A DNA stretch of 64,000 nucleotides from Camelus dromedarius (Eukaryota). The notes beneath the pieces were generated by a model that did not search any database, was not told where the DNA came from, and worked only from the letters and a program-made list of their open reading frames with translations. This document shows positions 1 to 12,720 of the stretch, in pieces; the first letter of the stretch is position 1; every line of letters starts with the position of its first letter. Position numbers and translations under genes: made by a program. The DNA is taken from assembly GCF_036321535.1 (NCBI RefSeq), contig NC_087437.1, positions 48,300,001-48,364,000 of the forward strand, read 5' to 3'.

Positions 1-1429
1 TCACTATGATACATTTGTGGGTCTATATCCTTTCTAGTTCTGTTAGTATTAGTTGCTAGTGACTTAATGAAAGCATTTACTCTTAACTTCCCTGGGGTGT
101 TCTTCAGAGGGTTCAAGGGAGAACTAGGATATTGTTTCTGGAGAGTGGCTAGGGCCCAGAACAAGAGAAGGGATTTTGGTGAGGGAGCAGGAGAGGAATT
201 CCTAAGTGGATCTTGTGCACAGAATACTGTCTAGTTGGAAAAGGGGAGAAGGGCAGAGAGGAGAGCCAGCTCAAATGGTGCTACAGCCAAACAGTGCTTG
301 CTGCCACAGGTTTTGGGGATACAAAACATCAGGCTGGTGTTCAACACCGAGCTTTATTCAGACTAGGGGAGTAGCAAGAGAACTGCCCCCTTTAACACTT
401 TACCAATCAATCATTTCTGTTATAGGGCCATTCCAATATAAATGTCTTTAACTGACTTAAATTGTCATATCACAAACACTCTACCTCCTAAGACTCCCAA
501 TGTGGTGCCCAACCACAATTATTCCCTAATTATAGGATAATGGAAAAAGGTTAAGAATTCTTATATTATTTTAAGGATCAGTTATTCAGGGGAAAGTAAC
601 AACAACAAAAAGGTGAAAATGTTTGTCTTGGGCTATATGAATGCAGTTGGTTTTCACCAAGATCAAGTTCATATAACTGACGTCACACCTTGTTCCAAAA
701 CAGAGCACAGCTTTCCTGGGGCTACTCAATCTTTATCAGGTTTTCCTTTCACGAAAGGCTGCTCTTGCCGAGCAACTTCATTGCCTTCTGGGAAAAGATG
801 TTCTATAGCACAGTCTTCACCCACTGGAGAACGCTCTCTGGAATGGCAAGTAGTTATTGATGTCCAAGTCTTTGCATGTTATGATAAAAAAAAGCCATCT
901 TTCTGTCTCCTTGCTTCACCTTACTGCGTTGAAGTTGGGCCCAGCCATAAAATCCAAGATGGTAGAAATACTAACGGTCTATAATTTAAGATCAAAGCCA
1001 CTTATCATTGGTACAAAGGGAAAAACTGACCAAACAAAACAGAGCCTCTGCTATTTGCAAGAGGAGACTCCTTGGCAGCAAGGGTTGAGAGCAATAGGGT
1101 CTTGCTCTTTGTTTCAACAGGATTCTTCAACTCAATAGGATTTTTAACTTCTACCAAGTAATTCTATATTGGGGTTCTAACTGATAGAAATTCATATCAA
1201 AATAAAGTGAAAAAAAACCCTATCTCTAAAAGAGATATATATTGCAACATTATGTACAGTTGATAACAATGTAAAAGTCCAACAAGAGGAGAATTGCTAT
1301 GGAAAGTGGCACATTCACTGGATGGAATATTACATATTATTAAGGTGTTGGTTATTAAAAGCAGGAAAAATGCTTGGGTATAATGCTAAGTGAACCTTAT
1401 GATATCCACAATTGTATAAATGCTGTAAT

Positions 1430-2121
1430 TTCTTTGTTTCAACATTTAAGAAATTCCACAATATAATAATTGCATCATAAAATTCAAATACATGCATATA
1501 ATCTTATTAAAATTTTTTTAAAAAGTCAAAAAAGTAATAATACTTCTTTATGACTCTAATTTTACTCTTGTTTCCAGATGTAATCATTGTTAATACCATG
1601 GGGCATTTCCCTTCTCACCTTCTATACATTTCCATGTTTCATTTTTTAAATAATGAGATTTATATTAAATCTATTACTCTACAACATGCTTTTATTACTT
1701 AATGATACATATTGGAAATTTTTTCCATAACTAACACTGCTGTTATTCACACTGCATCACATTTTTTTAACCATCTATTGAATTCCTAAGTGTGAACATG
1801 TTGCAATGTATTTATTCCTCTACTGACACAAATTCAGATGGTTATCTGTTTTTTTAAAACTCTGCAATGATTCAATGAGCATTGTTGCACATATATAGTT
1901 TTGCACTTATATGAATATTTCTTAAGTATAATACCTCAAAATACAAATTTAATAGATACTGCAAACTGCCCTCCAAACCCCTTTTTCCATTATATATTCC
2001 AACAAATGGAATATAGCAGTGCCTACATCCAACTGAAATTTAAATTTTCCTGATTACCAGTAAAGCATGCTTATTGCCCATTTATATTTCTTCTTCTATG
2101 AGTTACCTGTTTATACCCTTT
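1430..2121 (-). mobile_element. Ancient LINE-1 3' fragment (L1ME-like)
   Basis: Degenerate antisense L1 3' motifs: 'ttaatagatactgcaaactgccctccaaa', 'tttcctgattaccagtaaagcatgcttattgcccatttatatttcttc'. Confidence 0.65.
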
Positions 2122-3009
2122 ATGAAAATTATTTCAATGAGGAAAATATAATGCAATGATGAAATACACACATAAAGATATTCATAGTAGTTGTATTAGA
2201 GAATAGAATTGTAGGTGATTTTTTTTCTTTCCTGTAACTTTGAAAATTTTCAATTGATTACAATTAAGTTTTTTTTTATTTTTCTAAGTGAAAGGAAAAG
2301 TCGTAAGTACCACTGTGCCTATTCTTTAGTTATTCCTACTCCTTCAAAAGTCCCTTTGGGACTATTTACTAAAAATAACTCTATCCCCTAATCAGCCATT
2401 GAAAAAAAGCCAGAGCAGTTTGTTCACTGTTTGAGGATACATGGTTTTTATAAACTTAAAAAGCAGTACTGATTGCTGGTTCTGAACCTTCTGTATGGCA
2501 GATCTCAATTTCTGTTGTGTCATCGCCACTGAAAACTTGGCATCAGCATGCTTTTAGCTGGTAAAATTGTACAAATTAATCTCACAAGAATTTGCTGAAA
2601 GAATCAAAGTGATAATATAAAGAACATATTTTATAGGGGGAAATGATTTATTATTTCATAAAATTGTCATTTGTCCCTTGTCCATTCTAGACAAAACACA
2701 TCTGAGAATCACAGCAACTCTGTTTGGTGATCCTGAACAAAGTTTGATATTGAAGAATGTAAGGGGATGAAGCACAAGCTAGCCTCCAGTCCCCATATTG
2801 ATTTTAATTCTTTCTGTATTGATCTTTGCTCAAGACAGGAGGCCAGGAAGATGCTACAAGCATTTCTGAGGACAGATAGTACAGTGGGGAAGTGGGGAAG
2901 AAGACAGAAGCAAAGGCTTTGGTCACTAGGCTGTTTGCAGTGATCTGGACATGAGGAGGGAACAAACTCAAAGTGGAATTAAGTGGGGAAGATTCAACAC
3001 ATGGAATTG

Positions 3010-3236
3010 GGTTTTGGAGTTGGATAAAGTTGGGTTAAAATCCTGACTTGGTCTCTTTCTACATGTGAGACTTTGGGGAAGTAATATCTATTTAATATTA
3101 GTTTTTTTTTCCAACTTAAAATGGGGATAAGAATATAATTGGCTCAAAAGAGTTATTGTGAGAATTAAATGAGACAAATGTATGTAAAATGCTTTGTGCA
3201 GCATGTGGTATAAAGCTACTGCTCAATAGATAATGG
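3010..3236 (+). mobile_element. MIR SINE
   Basis: MIR core: 'aaaatggggataagaat...gttattgtgagaattaaatgag...tgctcaatagata'. Confidence 0.8.
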
Positions 3237-4099
3237 TGTGACATTTATCTTATTTTTTTTTTTAAGTTTAATAAAGCCAGAATCAGGTGGTAGAGATCCA
3301 ATCATGGAGACTGGTGTTGGAGTTTAGAATCCATGCCCTGGAGGACTTGAGGGAAGTCCTGACCTATATTATTTCCTTTGCTCCATGCCTGTTCCTGGAT
3401 TCCTGCTTGTCTATCTAGTTCCACAGGAATTAGAATCTGTACAGGTTCACTTGAGGATGAAACATTAAACTACTTGGCATATTCCTGTTTAAACCCCACT
3501 AGTCTAATGGTAGGACTGGCTTCAGATCTAACAGATCCCTGGAGGGGGTCTCCGGAGGGCCAGGCTGAAAAGTACTGACAATAGATGGTTTGAGAAGCAT
3601 TTTGAAGGAGAAAACAAAAAAAAAAAAAACAAAAAACCTTACTAACAGCTCAGAGGATCAGTGAAGGAGGGAGGAGGGTCAAAGAAGTTCTGGCCTGAAA
3701 GAGATGGAGTAGTAGAGACCAGGATTCTCACCACAGCATTTCTCATACATTCTGCAGCTCATGGAGTGGGACTTGCAGTCAAAGCAAGTCTTCATCCAGT
3801 GTATCTAGTTTACTGTACTGTAATTCTCAATACTTCTACCTGATCACTTTTATTTTTCTTTTGGAAAGACCTCTCTGTTCCTTCTCATCACTTATTTATA
3901 ATGCCTTTACATAAGTGACTCCTATAGCATCCAAGATTGCTATTAGCAGTAGCCAATGATTTTTACAAATTGTCTCTGACACATACTGATTTCAGCAAGA
4001 GGTTATATCTTTTACTACAAACTGATTTTGTAGAAAGGTTTCCTGGAAATAACTTTTTGATTGTATAAGACTTCTCAAATGATTCAAATTTTTGATACA

Positions 4100-5107
4100 G
4101 ATGACTAATAAGTGTTAATAAATAGCTCAAAAAACAAAATATCAAAACAAATAAACAACCCAATTAAAAATGGGCAGAAGAACTGATTAGACACGTTTCC
4201 AAAGAAGGCATATAGATAGCCAAAACAGGCATACGAAAAGATGCTCAACATCACCAATCATCAGAGAAATGCAATTCAAAACCACAGTATCACCTCACAC
4301 CTTGTCACAATGGCTATCAACCAAAAGACATAAATAACAAATGGCGAGAATGTGAAAAAAACCAGAACACTTGTACACTGTTGCTGGGAATGCAAATTGG
4401 TACATCCACTGTGGAAAACAGTATGGAAGTTCCTCAAAAAACTAAAAACAGAACCAGCATATCATCTAGCAATTCCACTCGTGGGTGTATATCTGAAGAA
4501 AAATGAAAACACAAATTCAAAAAGATACATGCACTCCAATGTTCATAGCAATACTATTTAAATAGCCAAGACATGGACACAACCTTAATGTCCCTTGACA
4601 GATGACTGGATAAAGAAGCTGTGGTATATTTATACAATGGAATACTACTCAGTCATAAAAAAGAATAAAATAATGCCATTTGCAGCAACATGGATGGACC
4701 TGGAAGGTATTATGCTTAGTGAAATAAGTCAGAGAAAGACAAATGCTGTATGCTTTCACTTACATATGGAATTTAAAAAATAAAATTAGTGAATAAATAC
4801 AACAAAACAGATGCAGACACACTGATATAGAGAACAAACTTGTGGTTACCAGTGGGGAGAAGGAAGATGGGGAGGGGCATGATAGGGGAAAGGGATTAAA
4901 AGGCACAAATTACAATGTATAAAATAAAAAAGCTGTAAGAATTTATTGTACAGCAGAGGGAATAGAGCCAATATTTTCACACAGGGAAAATAGCTAATAT
5001 TTTATAATAACTTTAAATGGAGTATAATGTATAAAATTTTTGAATTGTTATGTTGTACACCTGAAATGAACTTAATATTGTAAAGCAACTATACCTCAAT
5101 AAAAAAA
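4100..5107 (+). mobile_element. 5'-truncated LINE-1 (ORF2 C-terminus + 3'UTR)
   Basis: ORFs 4352-4561 ([17 protein letters not shown]) and 4595-4783 ([15 protein letters not shown]...[18 protein letters not shown]) are the L1 ORF2 C-terminus; G-rich 3'UTR; ends 'ctcaataaaaaaa'. Confidence 0.95.
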
Positions 5108-5199
5108 TCTGATACAATAAGTCATGTGCTACCTGAAATGAACTTAATATTGTAAATCAACTATACCTCAATAACAAAATCTGATACAATAAGTCATGT
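5059..5199 (+). repeat. Tandem duplication, 2 x 69 bp, spanning the L1 3' end and flank
   Basis: 5059-5127 and 5131-5199 ('acctgaaatgaacttaatattg...ctgatacaataagtcatgt') differ at 2 positions and are separated by 'gct'. Confidence 0.95.
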
Positions 5200-5264
5200 T
5201 TATCTATTGATAAAAATAACCCATAGCAGTTGACGTTCTAAAATTATCTGCTATGATATTGATA

Positions 5265-5430
5265 GTCACCATGCTAGGAACTTTACATGCCTCAATTCAC
5301 AGCAACTTTATGAGGGTAAAACAACCTTGTCCCGTTTTATAGATGAGAATCAAAGTTTCTAGATATGAGGTTACCTGCAGCTGCTAGGGAGCAGAGAAGG
5401 AATTAAAAGCCATGATATTAACTTTTTACC
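5265..5430 (-). mobile_element. MIR SINE
   Basis: 'cacagcaactttatgagggt...cccgttttatagatgagaa' is the antisense MIR core. Confidence 0.65.
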
Positions 5431-5627
5431 TAGGGCATGCTTCTGAAGCTGTGTCCTGAGTTTTCACAGCAAAGTGACAGTGGTTCCTTGAAGCATCTTC
5501 CTGGAATGTCAATTTTACTAGACTCTTTAGATGAAGATATTTTATACTAAATAAGCATTTATGCTGGAATGTCTAGATTCATCAGCGTGGAGTAGAAACA
5601 ATGTCATCCTACATCAGAACCCCAGAG

Positions 5628-6449
5628 TGTGACAACCCTGAGGTTACTACCTGCCCACTCTGTTAGGATGTCCAGGCTTTCCTAGCGACTCCTGATATGT
5701 TTTAGGGTCCTAAGGGGCTCACTTGAGTTCAGATGGTGGGTCCTGCCTGCTCTAATCTCCCACTAGCTGATGCAGATCTCAGATGGTCTCTCTTGAGAAT
5801 GGAGATCAACACAAACAGGGCCCTGGAAGCTAAATATCTAATAACCTGGTTACCTCGTTGTGGCTGCTGCTGCCCAGACAGCATAGATGCTTAGTTCAGC
5901 TGCTTTTTGTTTGTCTGAGCCAGCTTCTGCAGCCCAGTACTCACTCCATGGATGTCCTGTCTGCTCTGAATGCCCTCCCATGCCCTGGATTCAGGAGAGA
6001 GGTGCTACACTCTCCTTTAGTATTGATTCTTCCAAGTATCCCCAGGCTCTTCTCTGAGTCCACGGCCTTACATCTTGTGTAAATGAAACCTTTGATCTCT
6101 CCCCAGGCATGTCCCGTATCACTTCTGGATTGGCATATGGTCACAGACAGCTTATGTCCCATGACAGGAGTTTATCCAGGTCTTCTGCAAGTAACTGGCC
6201 TGATCTGCTTTACCAACTTACAGTACAAATACAGATACGCTTTACAAATAGGTGCACTTTGTTTTTCAAACCAACTGTTCATGTTCTGCATCCTCCTAAT
6301 TCAGTCAACAACTCTAGAGCCTATTCTGTCTATAGGGATTAGTCCGTTCTCCAAAAGCCAAGCAAACAAATGTAAAAACCCAATTAACCTATTAGCACCA
6401 TTGGTTTGGACACTGCCACAACATGCTGCTGTGGAACTCTAATCTCACA
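5628..6449. mobile_element. Possible ancient solo LTR (family unassigned)
   Basis: ~820 bp GC-richer block bounded by inverted termini TGTGA (5628) and TCACA (6449); no clean TSD. Confidence 0.3.
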
Positions 6450-7913
6450 GGTGTTTGTCCAGGCACAGTGACACTCTTGCTGGCACAGGGTGCAATGGTG
6501 CCCCATGCTTGACCCCCAAGCTTACTGCTGTCTTAGTTTGTGCTTCTAAGATCAGCCACCACTTCCCTCAACAGGACTCCATGCCTGGTAGATGAATCTG
6601 AACAAGCTTTCAAGCCTCACTCAACAAATATATGGGCCCAATCCAACTTCCTTTTTCCCCATGGTAAGCTACCTTTGGATAACAGGGTGATTGGTAGGTT
6701 TCCAACCAGCAGAACTTTATTACTGCTATCCTAATGCAACAAAAGTTTTTTACTTTTAAAAATAATTTTGAACTTCAAAACCAGAAAGGGCTCATTAGTT
6801 TTTCAGGAAATCTTTTAACTGCTTATTCAGTTTGTCTTCCCTCAGAAAGTTTTGCATACTAAGGGATATTATAATGGCAAGGGAACCGTATAATCATCTG
6901 TCGCCACTGATTCTCAGGAGAAATGTGCTAAATTACATTAGATGTCTCAATCTTCCAATCTAAGGATAGCTTTGAGTTCTGGGTGCAGCTGATCCCTGCC
7001 TCATAAGGGAATTTTTCTTTATTTAATATCTGGCTTCCCACTTCATAATCTAATACCTTTTCAGTATGACAGATAGTGAGAACATCTTTTTTTTTTTTTT
7101 TTTTTCAGAAAAACAACCCCACACCTAGCTTTGTTATTTCTAAATTCTGAGTTAATCTATTTTATCCATGATCGTCTGACTATATATAGATGTCTTACGG
7201 ATTGTAAAGCAAAACTCATATTATTTTTATAGATAAAACATGCAATGGCAAAGTTATTTGAAGCTTAAGGTGAGCAGTTATGGGCTGAATCCCCAGATTC
7301 ATGGCATTTAGGGGTCGTTTGGAGGGAAAATCGAGAACTACTCTAGGGCTCCAAGTGTAAAGACATTATTAGACTACAGGGCTTATATTAGACCTTAATG
7401 AACACTATCAGGTCCAAAGTTTAAAATTTTCATGTTACCTAATATGCATTAATAAAAGTATACACTATAACTTCTCTGCAAGAATGGTTAGTGTAACCTG
7501 TACTCTTATAAATGTACAAAATTATCGGACTTTTTAAAGAAGTCAAACCGAGACAAATTCAACCAGTAAGAATTCAGTAACGGTCCTATCACAATACACC
7601 CATATATAATGAGTTTTTGTCAAAAATATGGGAGCTAAACTATAGCGATGGTTAATATAATACTGCATAAAATACTGCATAAATTGCTAATAGAGCAATT
7701 TTAAAAGGTTAAAATATTTAATAATTAAAAACAAAGAAGCATTTACTCTGAACAAAAATATTGATGACTATGAGTATGCAATAAGATAGAAAAATCTTAA
7801 GTGAAAATATAAGAGAATATTAGACTATATTTCCAATTTTCCAACATGATAAAGTGGGCAGTTGGAAGAACAGCTTGCCTCCACTCCCACAGTCTTTAGC
7901 TCTAGAGCCCACC

Positions 7914-8266
7914 CAGGGCCTGACTCACACTGGTGGCCTACCGGCCAAATCCTGATGATTGACATATTTACTTTAGCCAGCACAGCATTGTAAACATTTT
8001 GCATAAACTGGTAACATTTAAACAATTGTTAATTGCAAGTAATAAAAATGAAATTCCTGAGTTTCTTAAAAAAAAAAAAAAAAGAAAAGAATTGGTAACA
8101 ATCCTGTGTGGCATATGAACCTATCAGGACCACCACTCTGCATGATTCAAGATGTCATCCCCATGGATTCTAAGTAAATGATGACTGAACAGCATTTTGT
8201 TCCTCAACTCTTTATCTAGCTTGAATCATTAATTTATGTTACCTAGGCAACCCATATTTAGGGACT
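7914..8266 (+). mobile_element. hAT-Charlie DNA transposon fragment (MER102-like)
   Basis: Starts 'cagggcctgactcacactggtggcctaccggccaaatcc' and ends near 'atttatgttacct', resembling the MER102 ends. Confidence 0.55.
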
Positions 8267-10624
8267 CTACATACCACAAACTGTGTAAATCAGTATTACT
8301 CTCCTTCTCCCAATGGAAATCATCAATGTCTAAATGGGGCTCTTGCAGGAGAACAAAAGAAGGGTCAGAACCAGGCACTCATCATAGAGATGCTTCAGGG
8401 TTGGTCAAAATAAGAAGCATGGAGGAATAGGCAGGTGGGGAATGACCACAATTGTCTAGCAGGAGACATTACTCCAAATCCAGGAAAATAGTTGAATTCT
8501 AGGAAGTCTATCTGTATAGTAAAGGAACTAGCAACAGGACTCGGTTGAGGGAGACATCTCTACTTCTGAGACACAAGGGAGGATTCTCTCATCCTTGTGG
8601 AAGGAAGTTGGGAATTGAGCAGGCACCAAAGTTGAGGTTTAACTGCTGGTATTGCTTTGTGTGCTGGAAATCCTGGTAAGTATCAGAGGGAAACTAACAT
8701 CAAAGCAAATCTGGTGCTGAGTTCCCAAACTGGAAATCGTGGGTTTTCTGAATTATATACTTGATTAGGAATGGGGCTGCTCAAATCCAGGAGAGAAGGT
8801 TGCACACACAAGCAACAAAGCCTTACATGATGATTAAGTTTACTCACCTATGAGGGTTGGACTGATAAGAGACAAAGGACTGAAACAAAGTACTGATGAC
8901 TTTAAATGCCCTGAGACAAATTGTTAGAGAAGAATGGCCAACATTCTCTAATTCAATTCAGAGAGTTGAGTGGTTTCTTATCACTCAATACATTTCCTCA
9001 TGTCCACATTGAGTCAGTCCTCTGAAATTAAATATAGAAACATGGGTCAGGAGTTTTCAAAAGTTCTTTGAATCTTTCCAATCCACAGTTAATCATTCTT
9101 CCTTATTAGGCAAAGAAGAATGTGTTCCAGATGCTATCTTGTCTGTACTCACACTTTGCTAGGAATTAGGGAGCTAGATTCAGTGCCATACAAATGTGGT
9201 GAGAAGATGGAGCATCATGACAGCACCTTGCTGGCCTATTGAGAAGGCAACTGTGTCTGGACAAATGCACAGTATAATCTTAGCTGTAGCTCCATCATCT
9301 GATACTGATTTTACAGCTGTATTTCTTAAAGACTCAGCAAAGTGACAAATGAATGAGACAGTGATTCTTTCCTCATCAATCTAATTACTAAGTTACTTCT
9401 GGACTCATCCATGTGCTGTCCCAGGGCTTCGCATGACTACTAGAATGAATTGTACAGACCAAGAGGGGCCAGGTCCTAAAACTAGAGTCAACCATGAGAG
9501 TGGGGCAGAGATGCTAGAAATAGACCTAAATTATATTAATTTTAATTAATTATTCATGTATAATTTAAAAAATAGTGGCAACTATTATTACTCTCACCTA
9601 TTTATTGACCACACACTAAATATGCACTAATACTCCATATCTAATTTAAACAATAATGGCTTCAGATTGTGTATTTGAAGAATTTCCTGGGTTTAACAAT
9701 TTGGTTACAGGTGGATGGGAGGGCAGTGTGGGATTTGTCCTGAAGCTTCATTTGCAAAAGCTTTATTCAAAAGGCAAAAAATTGGGCAGCATATATTTTT
9801 TTTCCACTATCTTATGAGGACACTGTTTAACAGATTCACTCTAGGATATTTAGGAGAATATACTTTGTCCAGACTTAGTGAAGATACATGTTACATGTTA
9901 ATTTAAGATTTGTGTCTGGTAGGAATGCAAATGATTTCTGTTCAGTTGCAAAGATAACACCAATGGTTACAGTTTATTGCCTTGCAGGCACTTTACATCT
10001 ATTAGTCAATCATTTTAATCATCCTTTTGTGTGATTGACTGTATAACTCCCTATTTTCAAATTCTCTCTTTTGCCCCAGACTTACCATCTTGCTGGTTTG
10101 CTTTTTGTTACTAAATTGAATAAAATATTTGACAATGTTTAGTCTATATTTGCATCAGAGTCATATTCTTAACTTTGGTAAATGAAAACAGATACTCTGG
10201 GGGCATGGCCCCTGCTCCATTGGTTGCTGGGACCAAGCAACATCTGCTGAGCTTGTAGTCCTGCAGAATATTACTAAAACTGCCAGAGATTCTCCTGCAT
10301 CCCAGAGTTGACAGCTGCTGCAGATGAATGTACCACTAGAAGCAGAAAATAATAGCTTTTCTCTTCCTCCCAACTTCCCAGCCCTTCAAAGAGCCAGCAG
10401 AGCCTCCTTTTGCATAAGGTAACCAAAAGAAGGTTGGCAAGAGAGTCCAGAAAGCTTGTGGACTTCTGGCTAACTATCATATTTGGAAGAACATGAAAAG
10501 GAAGAGACGGAACTGAGAGCTAAAAAGCAAGTAACTGGCACAAGGAACAAACAAATGTAGATGAAAGGGGGCACTAACAATACACCTTATACTATCTATA
10601 AGGTACATATAAGTTGCATTAATT

Positions 10625-10760
10625 ATAAATCTCATTTTACAAGAAATGCAGGTACAGTGAAGTTAAGTAACTCGCCCAAGATCACACAGCTGTTGTGTGG
10701 CAGAACTGGGATTTGGATGTAGGCTTCTTTCTAACATTGACTATTTACCCATTAGGCTCT
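10625..10760 (-). mobile_element. MIR SINE
   Basis: 'gaagttaagtaactcgcccaagatcacacagct...ggcagaactgggatttg'. Confidence 0.85.
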
Positions 10761-11412
10761 ATTGCCTTCTTTATAAGGTGGAAGACAAATAAGAGTAGTT
10801 GCTAGTGTAATAGGGCAGTAAGTATGAAGGAGATTAAACAAAAACCGATGGAGCCAGGGTGATGGGAATCCAGGAATCGGAAATTGGAGCAAGCAGGTAA
10901 AAATCTGTGGCCCCTAAAATGTCCCCATCCATCATTCTGAAACTTTGGCTCCAATTCCAAACTTTAGAGGACTTAAGAGAAAATGAAGGGGAAAAAATGA
11001 GGTATAAATAACAAGATAGAGATTCAGTCACAGAACAAACCAAGAGCTCTTTACTAGCTGGGGCACAGGATCAAGGTTAGAAAGCCATGCAGGGTCCAGG
11101 CTAAAAGATCTAGTTAACTAACTGAAGTCCAACTGGGAATCCCAGGGAATATCATTAATTGCATCTTACCTGGTTTTTTATTTCCTCTCTGTCATCGTTC
11201 TAGAGTGATTAAAAACAGGATGAACTCAGATGAGTGTTTGCTCTCCCAAAAGAATTAGAACTAAAGGTCTGCTCAATTGCCAGGTCTCTGCTAATATATG
11301 CGGAACTCAGAGAGAATGAGCTTAAATTAAAATACAGGAGAGTGTTTGAATGGTCACTTTTTAATTCAACTTTAGAGAATACTTATCAATGAGACCTCTT
11401 ATCACTTCTTTA

Positions 11413-11685
11413 TTATTCACACATTCATTAGTTCACTTAAATACATAAATTAACCACTCCATTAAATCCTGAGAATACAAAGAGGAATCAAACTCATTGC
11501 TTGCCTTCAAAGTGCTTACCATTCAGAGGAGTGAAATATGTGTTGGCAGCTGTCTGTCATGTAAAGCAGAATTAAATAAATAGACAAGGAAAGAACTGCA
11601 GGAGAAGAGGAAATGATGGCTCACATTCTCACTATGGGGTGAGAGTGGTTTATGGAAGAGGTTGCTTTGCAATGATTCTTAATCA
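11413..11685 (-). mobile_element. L2 LINE 3' fragment
   Basis: 'attcacacattcattagttc...gagaatacaaagaggaat...cttgccttcaaagtgcttac' resembles the antisense L2 3' end. Confidence 0.55.
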
Positions 11686-11819
11686 GAGAAGGATCATACT
11701 ATTTATGTGAAATGTGTGCCTATTTTAAAAATTTTCTATTTTGAGGACACTAGTAAATGTGGAGTATCTCTTCTGTTTAATAGCTGTTTTTGTGCTTTTA
11801 AACTTAAATCTCTTGCCCA

Positions 11820-11820
<1 letters not shown>

Positions 11821-11851
<31 letters not shown>

Positions 11852-11858
11852 ACACACA
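11821..11858 (+). repeat. (CA)n microsatellite
   Basis: CA run with one TA interruption. Confidence 0.95.
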
Positions 11859-12195
11859 GAGGTTTGTACTTGAACTTAAAATACCTGGATGTACTCACAG
11901 CATAGGTTTTGAAGTGGGATAAAGTGGGAAGGGAGAGGAACAGATGTCTTGTACTTTTTGGTTCATACACTATTATTTTGATTGATATTTTTAGGACAAG
12001 CATGAAATATTTTTATAATAAATTATCTTTCATAAACATAATACCTCCTTTTCCCAGATCAGTATGATTCTGACAGGAAGAGCACAGTGGAACTGGGGGC
12101 AGAGGAAGAAAAAGAGAAAAAGGCAGAGAATATATAGTTTTGGAGCAAAGAGTTACGGAACTTCAGTCTAATTGGGTTAGGTCCTAAGAGCTTGA

Positions 12196-12720
12196 GTATT
12201 GTGAAATCTTTTGGCTGAAAGCAATAGAAAACTGGATCTAATCTGGCTTAAGCATGAAGGGAAACAATTATTCAAAGTAATTGAAAAGTCCAGGGGAGAT
12301 GTCTTTTTCAGGCATAGTTGAATCGAGGTGCTGAAACACTAACTTCAGAAATATTTCTCTCTTCATATCCTGCCTCTACTTTTTTCTAGCTGGGCTTATT
12401 TTCAGGCATGAAAATGGCCTGGCAACCTCCAAGCTAATGTTCTGTGGGGTTAGGAACCTGAGTAGAAAGAAAGCTTTTCATTCCCCCAATTCTAACAAAG
12501 TCAGGCCAGCTCTCTTCAGCCTGACTTCAACCACATCTCCCCTGTGAAGATTGCTAGTTCCAGGAAATCTGAGGGCTGTGTTTAGCTACATGTGCCTCAT
12601 TTTCCCACCTCTAGAATGTCTTCTCTTGAAACTGAGAAATCAGCAAAAAATTTAAGGGACATGCTGGAGGTGGTTATCAGAAGTGGAAATGGATTATGGG
12701 CAGGAAAACACAACAGAGAA
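12196..12720 (-). mobile_element. Old MaLR LTR (MLT1J/K-like)
   Basis: 'ttggctgaaagcaatagaaaac...ctggcttaagc' and 'aaaatggcctggcaacctccaagct' are typical of old MLT1 LTRs. Confidence 0.6.

Noticed and set aside
613..984. 123-aa plus-strand ORF
   Set aside because: GTG start, no recognisable domain, no clear splice context; this length is attainable by chance.
4853..4895. G-quadruplex-like G tracts
   Set aside because: Ordinary polypurine tract of the L1 3'UTR.
5858..6442. Cluster of overlapping ORFs (73-119 aa)
   Set aside because: They overlap in several frames and strands with no recognisable homology, and lie in an LTR-like block.
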